This document shows positions 6,904 to 15,903 of a stretch of 32,313 nt of DNA, in pieces (the stretch's first letter is position 1; every line of letters starts with the position of its first letter). This DNA comes from a virus (lineage: Duplodnaviria > Caudoviricetes). The notes beneath the pieces are model-generated. The model ran no database searches and had not been told where the DNA came from. It saw only the letters and a list, made by a program, of their open reading frames with translations. The position numbers and the translations under genes were made by a program. Location: IMG/VR virus record IMGVR_UViG_3300037583_000020, positions 1 to 32,313 of that record; one strand, written 5' to 3'.

Positions 6904-7987
6904 AATTCTTATCAATAATAATTTCAGTAATAATTTAAACGGGTGGGTTAATGGTGTAGATGGTGGTTATGCGTTTGGGTGGGTAGATGGACAGGCTGAG
7001 GCAATAAGTTACAGCGATTCCACATCCAAAAAACCACATAAAATATGGCAGTTGCTAAGCATTGAGGCTGAAGTAATTAGTGCAACACTTGAGGTTTTTG
7101 CCAGGTGGGAGACCTATGGTGGGGATATAGTAGATGGGTCAGTTGAATTTGAGATTTACATTATAAGGCCTGATGGGGTTTATGATAAGTATTACCAAGT
7201 CACTTATACCGGCAGTTCTGAAGCAAAGATATTAAGCAATGTCAATGTCCTTCCCACTTTTCAGGCTGGTGGCATAGGAACATATAAGCTTTTGCTTATT
7301 GCCTCTCCGGCCTCAGCAAAGACAGGAAGTGCTTATATTCAAAGTTTTGGATATTACGACTGGGCAAGCCTTGTTGTTACATTTAGACACAAGAAGTCAA
7401 TAATTGAAAGCCTTAATTTCTCTCCAGCACCAGAGAAGGACTTTAGTAAAGCTATGTCCGAGCTGGTTAAGCCATCCGAATCGATCAGTCAGAAAGTTTG
7501 GTTTTTTAGGAGAATAAGTGAGGGCATCAATTTATCTGAGATATTAAAAAAGAGCAGCTTTAAAAGTTTTTCCGAGGGGGTGGCAAATACAGAGCAATTA
7601 TCTTCTACTTACTTTGACGTTATAAACGTAAAAAAAGAAAGCCCATCAGAGTCGATTAACATTTTAGAAAAATTATCTGACAGAGATGTTTCTAAAGGAT
7701 TGTCTGAGTCAATTATATTGAATGAATTAACAGATGTTTATGTTGGTTATTTTAAAAACATTGAAGAGTCGATTAGTCTGGATGAGGATATCACACCAAC
7801 ACATATTAAACCAAGAAGTATTGGAGAACAAATAAGTCTTTCTGAGAAGATTGTATCCATAATAAAGACTTCCGGGAATTGGATGATTATATACACCCCC
7901 GGGGGAACAAGGTATTCAGATATTTCCCCTGTAGATAATGAATGGGTAAGGAGAGAAGCCAGAATTGCCCATGATATAGAGGTTTAA
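6896..7987 (+). CDS. Putative structural protein with beta-rich N-domain and C-terminal repeats
   Basis: N-terminal LINNNF...GW jelly-roll-like start, then about 8 degenerate (S)E-x-I-x-L-x-E repeats. Confidence 0.65.
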   Translation: MGEILINNNFSNNLNGWVNGVDGGYAFGWVDGQAEAISYSDSTSKKPHKIWQLLSIEAEVISATLEVFARWETYGGDIVDGSVEFEIYIIRPDGVYDKYYQVTYTGSSEAKILSNVNVLPTFQAGGIGTYKLLLIASPASAKTGSAYIQSFGYYDWASLVVTFRHKKSIIESLNFSPAPEKDFSKAMSELVKPSESISQKVWFFRRISEGINLSEILKKSSFKSFSEGVANTEQLSSTYFDVINVKKESPSESINILEKLSDRDVSKGLSESIILNELTDVYVGYFKNIEESISLDEDITPTHIKPRSIGEQISLSEKIVSIIKTSGNWMIIYTPGGTRYSDISPVDNEWVRREARIAHDIEV

Positions 7988-9498
7988 TGATGGATTATCT
8001 TACACCATTAGCCGAGATTGTGGGGTTTGTAGGGATAAACACAGATATACTTGAGAAGATTATCCCACAACCCGATAAGCCTCTCTATTTATCTGATGCT
8101 GATGGGGTTTTAATTAAAGAAGGAAAAATTATGAAACAGAGGGGACTTAATTATTTTACTGCAACTCCCAAGGAAAAAGCATTAGGATTACCAACTTACA
8201 GGAAATATACAACCAACGAAAAGTTTTTGATTCTAGTTACAACAACAGGAGCTTACAAATATGTTGGTGGAGACACCCCTTGGTCAAGCATTTACACCAA
8301 TGCTTTGTCGTTAGATGAAAGGTGTATAGTTGTTAGCTCGGCCAATATAGATGACAAGATAGTAATTACTGATTCTTATTCTGGAATAATCAAATATTAC
8401 GATGGCATCAATTCAGGAAATTTACTTGACCCCACAACCTTAAAAGCAAGGTTTTTGTTGGAGCATAAGACTTACCTTATGCTTTTCAGGACAATTGAGA
8501 GCGGGACAGAGCATTACACAAGGCTTAAATGGTCTAATCCGGGAGCTATTACAATCTTTGATCCAGAAGATTCTTTAGATATTGCCTCAGAGGGAAAGAT
8601 TGTCAACGCCAAGAAGATGGAAGATTCAATTATAGTCTATTTCTCTGATTCTATTTACCGTGTTTTTTGGTCTGGAGAACAGACAGGGTTTGGTTCCTCT
8701 CCTCTTTCTGAGAGGATAGGTCTTTTAGCACCCAATACTTTATGCGGAGAAAATATTCACTACTTCCTTTCCCAGTCTGGGATGGTTCGGCTTATTCCCG
8801 GGCAACCCCCTGAGACAATATCTAAAAACAAGTTTAATAAACTAGTTTTAGACGGGATTGATCCTGTTTATTACGAAAGGGCGATAGCTTTTTACTTTCC
8901 CAATCTTGAATATATCTATCTTATTTACCCGGCTGTTGGAAACTCCCGTAATGACCAACTTGCTATTTTGGATGTCAGGACCGGAGAGCTGGTCGGGAAA
9001 CGGACTCTTCCTTTCGATATTACTTGTATAGGTGCTTTAGAAAAAGATACTGATAATGTAACTTTAAGTCCAGAGCAAAGAATTGCTGGTCTTAGCTATA
9101 TCCCATTAATTGGTGATGTCAATGGTTATGTATATCAAGAGATGTGGTCTGAATATGTTGACCTGGGAGCTAATCCTTATACCAGCTCGGCAGTTTTACC
9201 CGAGATTGGTTTAAAGGACAGGACAAGGAATAAAAGGATATTACAGGTAGATCTTCTTATTGAGAAACTTACTGACAACGACATCAACCTTGTTCTTGAT
9301 ATAGCAAATGAGGCGAATGAGAACTTTTCTTATAACTACAATGTTACCGGTTCGGGTAACAGCGGGGTTCGAAGATACACGGTTTACACCGATGTTTTGG
9401 GAAAAGAATTTAAGTTAAGAATAAGAGATTCCAGTAATATTTATGGTTTTAATCTGCACGGCTTAATTCTTAAGGGTTATATCACAACGATTAAGTAA
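7987..9498 (+). CDS. Putative tail nozzle / head-closure protein (P22 gp10 or T7 gp12 role)
   Basis: 503 aa and beta-rich, with RLKWSNPG and IGLLAPNT segments typical of propeller nozzle proteins. Lies between adaptor and fibre. Confidence 0.7.
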   Translation: MMDYLTPLAEIVGFVGINTDILEKIIPQPDKPLYLSDADGVLIKEGKIMKQRGLNYFTATPKEKALGLPTYRKYTTNEKFLILVTTTGAYKYVGGDTPWSSIYTNALSLDERCIVVSSANIDDKIVITDSYSGIIKYYDGINSGNLLDPTTLKARFLLEHKTYLMLFRTIESGTEHYTRLKWSNPGAITIFDPEDSLDIASEGKIVNAKKMEDSIIVYFSDSIYRVFWSGEQTGFGSSPLSERIGLLAPNTLCGENIHYFLSQSGMVRLIPGQPPETISKNKFNKLVLDGIDPVYYERAIAFYFPNLEYIYLIYPAVGNSRNDQLAILDVRTGELVGKRTLPFDITCIGALEKDTDNVTLSPEQRIAGLSYIPLIGDVNGYVYQEMWSEYVDLGANPYTSSAVLPEIGLKDRTRNKRILQVDLLIEKLTDNDINLVLDIANEANENFSYNYNVTGSGNSGVRRYTVYTDVLGKEFKLRIRDSSNIYGFNLHGLILKGYITTIK

Positions 9499-9508
9499 AG
9501 AGGGGTAA

Positions 9509-10966
9509 ATGAGTTTGTACAGGAAGTCGTTTAGAAAAAGTCGGACGGGGAAGTCTGAGATTGACCGACTTGTGCAGGGGATAGACGACGAATTAACGAG
9601 AATTCAAGATGCTTTTAATATTTTGGAAAGTCATACCCATCCGAGGGGGGAGATTCCTGATTTCTTTGATTCTCCGTTTTGGAGCAACATTCCTGATAGA
9701 CCTTCTACTTTCCCGCCGGATAGCCATCAACACACAAGAGGGGATATATCTGATTTTTGGGGTAGCCCTTTTTGGAATAATATACCTGATAAACCGTCAA
9801 CATTTCCCCCAGAGAGTCATACTCACCCAGGGAGTGAGATAACTTCTCAGGTATCGGATGCTGATAAGGTAGATGGCTATGACCTTGACCAGGATGTTAG
9901 GACATCAGCAAGCCCAAGTTTTGCAGGATTGTCACTTCAGGGTGCTTTAGAGATGGGGGATAACTTTGTAAAGAGAGGGATTCTTTTAGATTCACGAGAC
10001 TATTACAACTATGGACTTTCTCTTGAGGACAATGTACTCGCCCTTGCTGTTGAAAAAGGATATACAGTTACAGCAAGTAAATCTCCAGATGCAGGTTTTT
10101 TAAAATATATGTTTACTAGTAGTTTCCCTAATTATGCAAAGTGGGATGATAGTTTAACCACATATCCTTTGACAATAACGATTGAGGATTTTGGAACCAT
10201 ACATTATTCTACATATTTTTGGATTCATTTTGCTTGGAATAGAAAACCAGATTCAGGTTATAAAATTGAAGTTTATACTTCAAATGATGCATCTTGGCAT
10301 ACAGTAGCAGACACAACCTCTGCCTTTCAAACCAATGTACACTTTTATAGCGATAGCTATATAACAAAGTTAAGGATTACTATCAAATCCGGAAATTCTA
10401 CATATGGTGCAATACAGATAGGACAAATAGGTTTTGCAGCTCGTTATCGATATAGACGTGATTATGGTTGGTTGCTCTCTAAAGAAGGCGATACGATGTA
10501 TGGTGACCTGACAATGGCGTCAGGGAAAAAGATTTATTTTGGTTCTTATTATCTTGATAGTCTTATTGGAAATAATAAAGTTCCGGATTCAGATAAACTA
10601 GACGGATATCACGCTTCTGATTTTGCCCTTGCATCACAGGCTATTCCATCTGGAATGATAGCAATCTTCCAAGGCTCTTGCCCCTCAGGCTGGACAAGAG
10701 TTGCAGATTTTGATGGGAAATTTCTCCGTGGTGCTGCTACTTATGGAGGAACCGGAGGAAGTTCTACGCATACTCATACAATTGACCCACCAAGCACAAA
10801 TACAAGCGGAATTGTTAGTGATGATTGGTATTATCAGGATGCTACGTCTGGCGACCAAGATATTTCTTGGAGACACCATCATACAGTAGATATTGCTGCC
10901 TTCAGTTCGGGAAGTGCAAGTCATCTCCCCCCTTATATAGACGTTGTTTTCTGTAAGAAAGATTAG
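9509..10966 (+). CDS. Tail fibre / receptor-binding protein
   Basis: HxH repeats, IPDKPSTFPP repeats, DADKVDG and DSDKLDG motifs, a central beta-sandwich, a collar-like IPSGMIAIF...CPSGW...FLRG segment and a terminal HLPPY motif. Confidence 0.88.
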   Translation: MSLYRKSFRKSRTGKSEIDRLVQGIDDELTRIQDAFNILESHTHPRGEIPDFFDSPFWSNIPDRPSTFPPDSHQHTRGDISDFWGSPFWNNIPDKPSTFPPESHTHPGSEITSQVSDADKVDGYDLDQDVRTSASPSFAGLSLQGALEMGDNFVKRGILLDSRDYYNYGLSLEDNVLALAVEKGYTVTASKSPDAGFLKYMFTSSFPNYAKWDDSLTTYPLTITIEDFGTIHYSTYFWIHFAWNRKPDSGYKIEVYTSNDASWHTVADTTSAFQTNVHFYSDSYITKLRITIKSGNSTYGAIQIGQIGFAARYRYRRDYGWLLSKEGDTMYGDLTMASGKKIYFGSYYLDSLIGNNKVPDSDKLDGYHASDFALASQAIPSGMIAIFQGSCPSGWTRVADFDGKFLRGAATYGGTGGSSTHTHTIDPPSTNTSGIVSDDWYYQDATSGDQDISWRHHHTVDIAAFSSGSASHLPPYIDVVFCKKD

Positions 10967-10980
10967 TTTGAGGTGTAAAA

Positions 10981-11196
10981 ATGGACGAAATAAAAATTCT
11001 CAATCAAAAGAAAAGGAAAAGAGCATTAGTTGTGAATGCTCTCTATTCCTACATTGGGACATTAGGGACTTGGGAAGATATTGTTGGCTTTTTAAACTCT
11101 GTATCTCCAGGCACACTGAAAGTTGCTGTGAAGAATCATTTAATTGCAAATATAGAGGAACTGCAACAAATCTTGAAGGAGTTAGACAGTGTTTAA
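10981..11196 (+). CDS. Small helical protein, possible fibre chaperone
   Basis: RBS GAGGTG. Lies directly after the fibre gene. Confidence 0.6.
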   Translation: MDEIKILNQKKRKRALVVNALYSYIGTLGTWEDIVGFLNSVSPGTLKVAVKNHLIANIEELQQILKELDSV

Positions 11197-11449
11197 AGTA
11201 GAGGCAATAAAAGATGACCCCAAGGGAAGATTCAAAAAAGGAGATGTTTTCACCTGCTATGGATTTCACTGGGAAGTTGATTTAGTTGGAGCGTATATTC
11301 GGAAAGAAGAAGACTTCTTCGATATGCTCTTTTTCCTTATTTGGCTTCCAGACGAGGGGTGGAAATTTATAGAAAAATGTTACTTCAAACCCGCTGGAGA
11401 AGAAATGAATATTCCTGGAATCTGCGGAGAGACTTTAGAGGAGGGTTAA
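11189..11449 (+). CDS. Hypothetical protein (86 aa)
   Basis: GTG start with AAGGAG RBS, overlapping the upstream stop. Confidence 0.65.
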   Translation: MFKVEAIKDDPKGRFKKGDVFTCYGFHWEVDLVGAYIRKEEDFFDMLFFLIWLPDEGWKFIEKCYFKPAGEEMNIPGICGETLEEG

Positions 11450-11478
11450 TTGAAAAAATTATTTAAGGAGGTAAGACG

Positions 11479-11856
11479 ATGTTGATTCCTTATTTTAGAA
11501 AATTTTTAGATTCAGATGTAACTATTCCTATTAATACTACCCAGGTGGTTAGCTCGAATGAAATTGACCTGAGTGATGCCAAGTTTGCTTCTATTTCTGT
11601 TTACGTCAAGGGGAATAATGCTGGTGTTAGTCTGGATGTTACTTTTGCCTTTGTGGCTTATGATCCAGCAAGAGGTTCATGGGATACCGAACCATATCTT
11701 ACCATTAATGTGACTCCTAATGGGCTAAATGCAGTTCAGAAGACAGTTTCAATTACTCCTCACGTATCGAAGATTAAACTGTATTCTATCCAGAATCAAG
11801 AAACCTTAGATGGCTATACCATAGATGCTAATGCTTCAATTTTTAAGAAGGTGTAA
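11479..11856 (+). CDS. Putative beta-sandwich virion protein
   Basis: RBS AAGGAGGT. Rich in Thr, Val, Ser and Asn with alternating beta-strand patterns. Confidence 0.65.
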   Translation: MLIPYFRKFLDSDVTIPINTTQVVSSNEIDLSDAKFASISVYVKGNNAGVSLDVTFAFVAYDPARGSWDTEPYLTINVTPNGLNAVQKTVSITPHVSKIKLYSIQNQETLDGYTIDANASIFKKV

Positions 11857-11861
11857 GCAAG

Positions 11862-13226
11862 ATGAGCATAAAAAAGATTATTCTTTGGCTTTGGAATAGG
11901 TTTGTAGGCATCTGTAAAAGATTATTCAATAAGAAAGAAACAGCATTTTCTAAAGCCGGTGATGAGAGAGAAATAGTTAAGCGAGAAGAAAAAAAGAAAG
12001 AAGATAAACAGAAAGAAGAGAAGAAAGAAAACAAGAAAAAACCCAAGAAAAAATCAGTTACCAGAACTATATTTCCTTATTCGGTTTATAACTTTATGGT
12101 TGGTTATGTCCCCTGGGATTTAGATGGCTTTGTCATTCCCTTCCAGGATGGAACGAATTGGAATATGAACAGATTTGAGTTTGTAGGAGAAGAATCTGCG
12201 AAACGTGGCGTAAATGTAATCCGTTTATTTGCTTACTGTCAGGAGAGACCAGATTCTATTTATAGATACATTCAGCCACTAGAGATTCGCAACGATAGAT
12301 ATATCTATAGATTCAGAAATGGAAGACTTATTCTTTCTCCCGCCTATGTTAACGAAATGTCCCGAAGATTACGGGTCTTCCACGAAAGGGGAATTGTGAC
12401 AATTATCTGCCTTGCATCGGGTATTAAGGGCTTTCGATATCACTTCTCAATGTGGAACGGAAGAAACTCCAATATAAAATCCCCCTCGAGACCAAGAGCT
12501 TTTATTGAAGATGAGCTGGTTATAGCGATGTTCAAGGACTATTGCCAAGCAATGGTAGAACACTTTGATAATCCCTTGGTTATCTGGGAGCTGATTAATG
12601 AGCCACACGAATTTGAGCCCAAACCGCTAACCCAGTGGACTTATCACATGATTGATTATTTAACCAAGAAACTTAAGGTCCCACAGAAGAGAATCATGGT
12701 TCAGCATATAGACAGATCGCTAGATGGCGATGATCCCGCTGGTTATAAATGGCTGAAGAAATACAAGAAGATTCTTTATTCGCATCATGGAATTAATACC
12801 GCCTGGGCATTTATCCGCTATCACCGTCATGACCGTGATTTTTATAAATACTTTTATAAGCCCTTTGGACGCAGGATTGTTTGTGATTCAGATGGGGCCC
12901 AGACTTATGAAGCCGGCCTTATAGGAACCGGTTTAATTGGAAAAAATTGGAACCCGGAATTCAGGCGCCCCTCTTCCTTTGATATGTATCACGGCCTTGT
13001 TTATGACTATCGGAATGGTGGTGGTGGCTGGATAATCATGTCCGCTGCTGCCTGGGTAAGGAGCACAACCATTCCCAATATTGCAACATGGAGAAAATCA
13101 GCCCTTGAGGGACTCACAAGAGAAGAGTGTCGTAAATATGGTGTCAGCTTTGAGCTAAACAAGGAGCCGGAGTTAAGAGCGATTGAAAGAGCCGTCAGAG
13201 AAATAATCAGGGAGAGGCAGACATGA
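11862..13226 (+). CDS. Clan GH-A (GH5-like) TIM-barrel glycoside hydrolase-like protein
   Basis: GVNVIRLF, ERGIVTII and VIWELINEP (acid/base NEP motif). N-terminal hydrophobic helix followed by a K/E-rich linker. Confidence 0.7.
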   Translation: MSIKKIILWLWNRFVGICKRLFNKKETAFSKAGDEREIVKREEKKKEDKQKEEKKENKKKPKKKSVTRTIFPYSVYNFMVGYVPWDLDGFVIPFQDGTNWNMNRFEFVGEESAKRGVNVIRLFAYCQERPDSIYRYIQPLEIRNDRYIYRFRNGRLILSPAYVNEMSRRLRVFHERGIVTIICLASGIKGFRYHFSMWNGRNSNIKSPSRPRAFIEDELVIAMFKDYCQAMVEHFDNPLVIWELINEPHEFEPKPLTQWTYHMIDYLTKKLKVPQKRIMVQHIDRSLDGDDPAGYKWLKKYKKILYSHHGINTAWAFIRYHRHDRDFYKYFYKPFGRRIVCDSDGAQTYEAGLIGTGLIGKNWNPEFRRPSSFDMYHGLVYDYRNGGGGWIIMSAAAWVRSTTIPNIATWRKSALEGLTREECRKYGVSFELNKEPELRAIERAVREIIRERQT

Positions 13227-13687
13227 TTGACGAAAAGAGGATGAAGGATATTTTAAGGCGATATAAGTGCCCGCATTGTGGGAAATTGCCACCTGATCTC
13301 TATGATATTGGAGATGACGGCGAAACAATTATCAACTATGAGTTCTCAGTTCTTTTTAGGGTTTATGAAAGATTGGCAGATGAGCTGGGTTATTGGCCGA
13401 TTATTACCAGTGGTTACAGGTGTTTAGATCACCAAAAAGAATTGGTGATGAACAAGATCTCTTCCACCTATTGGTCGGTCCACGTTTTTGGACTTGCTTT
13501 GGATGTTGACTTTAATTCTGTCTCTGAAGTTAAAAGGGCGGTTGAGATTTTGAGGAAAGTAGATATCCGACCGAGAATAGGATGGAAGAGATATTTAGAC
13601 AAAGGAAAAACATTTGTTCATTTCGATTTAGGCTTTTTGATTATCCCAAGATACAGCCCAAAATTACATGAGGGAGCGGAATGGTGA
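13223..13687 (+). CDS. Endolysin, peptidase M15 family
   Basis: IITSGYRC, SVHVFGLALD (H-x6-D) and FVHFD zinc-ligand motifs. Confidence 0.85.
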   Translation: MIDEKRMKDILRRYKCPHCGKLPPDLYDIGDDGETIINYEFSVLFRVYERLADELGYWPIITSGYRCLDHQKELVMNKISSTYWSVHVFGLALDVDFNSVSEVKRAVEILRKVDIRPRIGWKRYLDKGKTFVHFDLGFLIIPRYSPKLHEGAEW

Positions 13688-13896
13688 GGGTCAGAGATGG
13701 GTTTATAAAGTGGATGGTGTCCACTAAGTTTCAGGTGGCGATATTGTCGTTCACGTTGATTTATTTAGCAATTCCCTTATTTATGCTTGAACCCCAGGTG
13801 GCCGTAAATGCCATAAGGGATATAGCTATAGCCTATATGGCCACAAGGGTTTTGGAGCCTATTGTTCAAATATCCATAGCGGGGAAGAAAAAATGA
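13681..13896 (+). CDS. Putative holin
   Basis: 71 aa with two hydrophobic segments and a basic C-terminus. Overlaps the endolysin stop. Confidence 0.55.
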   Translation: MVRVRDGFIKWMVSTKFQVAILSFTLIYLAIPLFMLEPQVAVNAIRDIAIAYMATRVLEPIVQISIAGKKK

Positions 13897-14507
13897 AAAA
13901 TTTACTTTATGGGGTTGTGATTGTCTTGCTGATTGGGGTGACGGTTAAGTTTTATGATGCGTGCTATACGGCCCCCGTAAAGGAGACCCTCGAAGTGTAT
14001 AAAGCAAAAGTTGAGGCGATGGAAAAGCAGAAGAAAGAAGATATTAAGAAATGGGAGAGAATTATTGAGGCTTTTAAGATTTATGCCATCCAAAAGGAAG
14101 AAGAAGCTAAAAAGATAAGAAAAGAGCTTTTAGAAACCAAGAAACGACTGGAAGAAGCCACACCACAGGAGTTAATTGAGGAGATTGGTTTCACGGATAT
14201 TGAATATTCTGGAAACAGGATATCTTTGGGTGTAGATACTTTTAGAGAGATTGCCTTTTTAGTTGCTGAGAATAAAGCCTTAAAGCAAGAGAATATTGCC
14301 CTGAAAGAATCATTAGAAGCGTGCAAAAATGCGTTAGCCGGAAGAGAGTCTGAGATTATTCTGAGAGAACAGGCCCTTTCCATAACAATAGAGAGGCTCA
14401 GAAACGAGCTAAAGATTCAGAAGGAAGAATCGAGCAGAAAAACCATAAGATATTTTTTATATGGCGTCTCTGCCGGGATTGTAGTCACTCTTATATTAAG
14501 GAGATAG
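13893..14507 (+). CDS. Coiled-coil membrane protein, spanin-like candidate
   Basis: Transmembrane-like segments at both termini around a long E/K coiled coil. Lies in the lysis cassette. Confidence 0.55.
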   Translation: MKNLLYGVVIVLLIGVTVKFYDACYTAPVKETLEVYKAKVEAMEKQKKEDIKKWERIIEAFKIYAIQKEEEAKKIRKELLETKKRLEEATPQELIEEIGFTDIEYSGNRISLGVDTFREIAFLVAENKALKQENIALKESLEACKNALAGRESEIILREQALSITIERLRNELKIQKEESSRKTIRYFLYGVSAGIVVTLILRR

Positions 14508-14511
14508 GGTC

Positions 14512-14853
14512 ATGGCTAGAAGGGTTACTGTTAAAGATGTTCAAGAAGAAATAAAGGCATTAAGGAAGGAGATTGAGAGCAAGATAGTTAATCAAAATAA
14601 CGGATGGGACAAGTGGAAGGAAATGGTCTTGTATAAACTTGACCAAAACTGTAAAGCCACCGAAAACCTTGCTAAAGGATTTGAGGAGTTTAAGGAGACA
14701 TACCAGAAAGAAAGACTAAAAATCGAAGAAAGGTTTGGTAAGTTGGATAAACGCATAACAGCGGTAGAGGTAAAGTCAGGAATGTGGGGAACCATCGGTG
14801 GAGCCTTATTTATGGTCATTTTTTACATAAAAAACCTAATTACGGGGAGATAA
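14512..14853 (+). CDS. Coiled-coil protein with C-terminal TM helix (XhlA/holin-like architecture)
   Basis: Heptad-rich body, then RITAVEVK followed by GMWGTIGGALFMVIFYI. Confidence 0.6.
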   Translation: MARRVTVKDVQEEIKALRKEIESKIVNQNNGWDKWKEMVLYKLDQNCKATENLAKGFEEFKETYQKERLKIEERFGKLDKRITAVEVKSGMWGTIGGALFMVIFYIKNLITGR

Positions 14854-14857
14854 GGAA

Positions 14858-15349
14858 ATGGCCGGTATTAAGAAATTAGAGAAAAAACCTGAACATCTCA
14901 CTTATGTAATACACAATCTTTTAAAACCTGATTGTCGATATTCCATGTTCGATGATATGGTCGGATGGAATGATCTGGTGGCTCTTCTTTATTCTCCCGG
15001 GACCGTTGTTTATGGTCTTTTTGAAAAAGGAAGACCCACACCGTTTGGTGTGGTCTTTTTTACAGATGTTAACCCCTATCGCAGTTGTTGTTTATGGGCT
15101 TGTATTTTCAATAAAGAAGACCGAGGAAAAGGCAAGATTAAGCCATTAGTGGATTTAATTAAAGCGGATATGGTTAACACCTATAAACTTCACTCGGTAG
15201 TAAGTCGGGTTATTGACGGTAACGAAGCCTCAATAAAGTTTCTTAAGTCATTAGGATTTAAGTTCGTTGGAAAGAAAGAAGAGTATATGTTTGTAAAAGG
15301 CAAATATGTAGATTTACTTGAGTTTTATCTTGTTTTAGGAGGGGAATAA
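14858..15349 (+). CDS. GNAT-fold protein
   Basis: EDRGKG and NEASIKFLKSLGFKFVG motifs. Its position before the ejection genes matches P22 gp14 / T7 gp13-like genes. Confidence 0.8.
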   Translation: MAGIKKLEKKPEHLTYVIHNLLKPDCRYSMFDDMVGWNDLVALLYSPGTVVYGLFEKGRPTPFGVVFFTDVNPYRSCCLWACIFNKEDRGKGKIKPLVDLIKADMVNTYKLHSVVSRVIDGNEASIKFLKSLGFKFVGKKEEYMFVKGKYVDLLEFYLVLGGE

Positions 15350-15903
15350 TGGGCGGAGAAAGCGGAGACATCAGAGTTCAAGCAACACCGGTTAAGACCC
15401 AGCTTCAGATGGCTGGTCTTGACCAAATGCTCAGGGCTGCCTTGAGGTCAATTCAGGGCTACCCGCTGGGAATGCCCTGGTTAGGACCTTATTTAGAGTC
15501 TTATGCACCGTATCATTTTACTTTAAGCGGTGGAAGGACTAAAGCATGGGACCCTTGGGCAAACAACAAAACAACAGAAGAAGTTGACATAACAGACCCA
15601 CACAACGAGAAAAAGAATCCGTGGAACAGAAGGCCACCCTTTAGAAGAGAGGAAGATACCGAGAGGGGTGGAAGAAGCGGGCTTTCAATGGTGGGGCAGT
15701 TTACCCCAACAATGGGCAGTCTGGGAACCCCCAGAAGTATTTCCCCCGTGGCGAGTAGTTTAATAAATTTCTATGCTAGTCCGGTAAGTAGATTGTTTAC
15801 AGCTCCCTTTGTGATGCCCTTCTATTATCCTTTATCGGGCAATTATCCCCAGTTAGGGAATGAACCTAGATCCAGACTCTTTCTCACTAGGGGAGGTGGA
15901 TAA
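15349..15903 (+). CDS. Putative internal virion / ejection protein 1
   Basis: MGG start, G/P/S-rich and low in predicted structure. Translationally coupled (TAATG). Confidence 0.55.
   Translation: MGGESGDIRVQATPVKTQLQMAGLDQMLRAALRSIQGYPLGMPWLGPYLESYAPYHFTLSGGRTKAWDPWANNKTTEEVDITDPHNEKKNPWNRRPPFRREEDTERGGRSGLSMVGQFTPTMGSLGTPRSISPVASSLINFYASPVSRLFTAPFVMPFYYPLSGNYPQLGNEPRSRLFLTRGGG

Noticed and set aside
9509-10966. Diversity-generating retroelement targeting the tail fibre
   Set aside because: No reverse transcriptase is present and no adenine-variant template/variable repeat pair was noticed. The scan was by eye, so one outside the window is not excluded.
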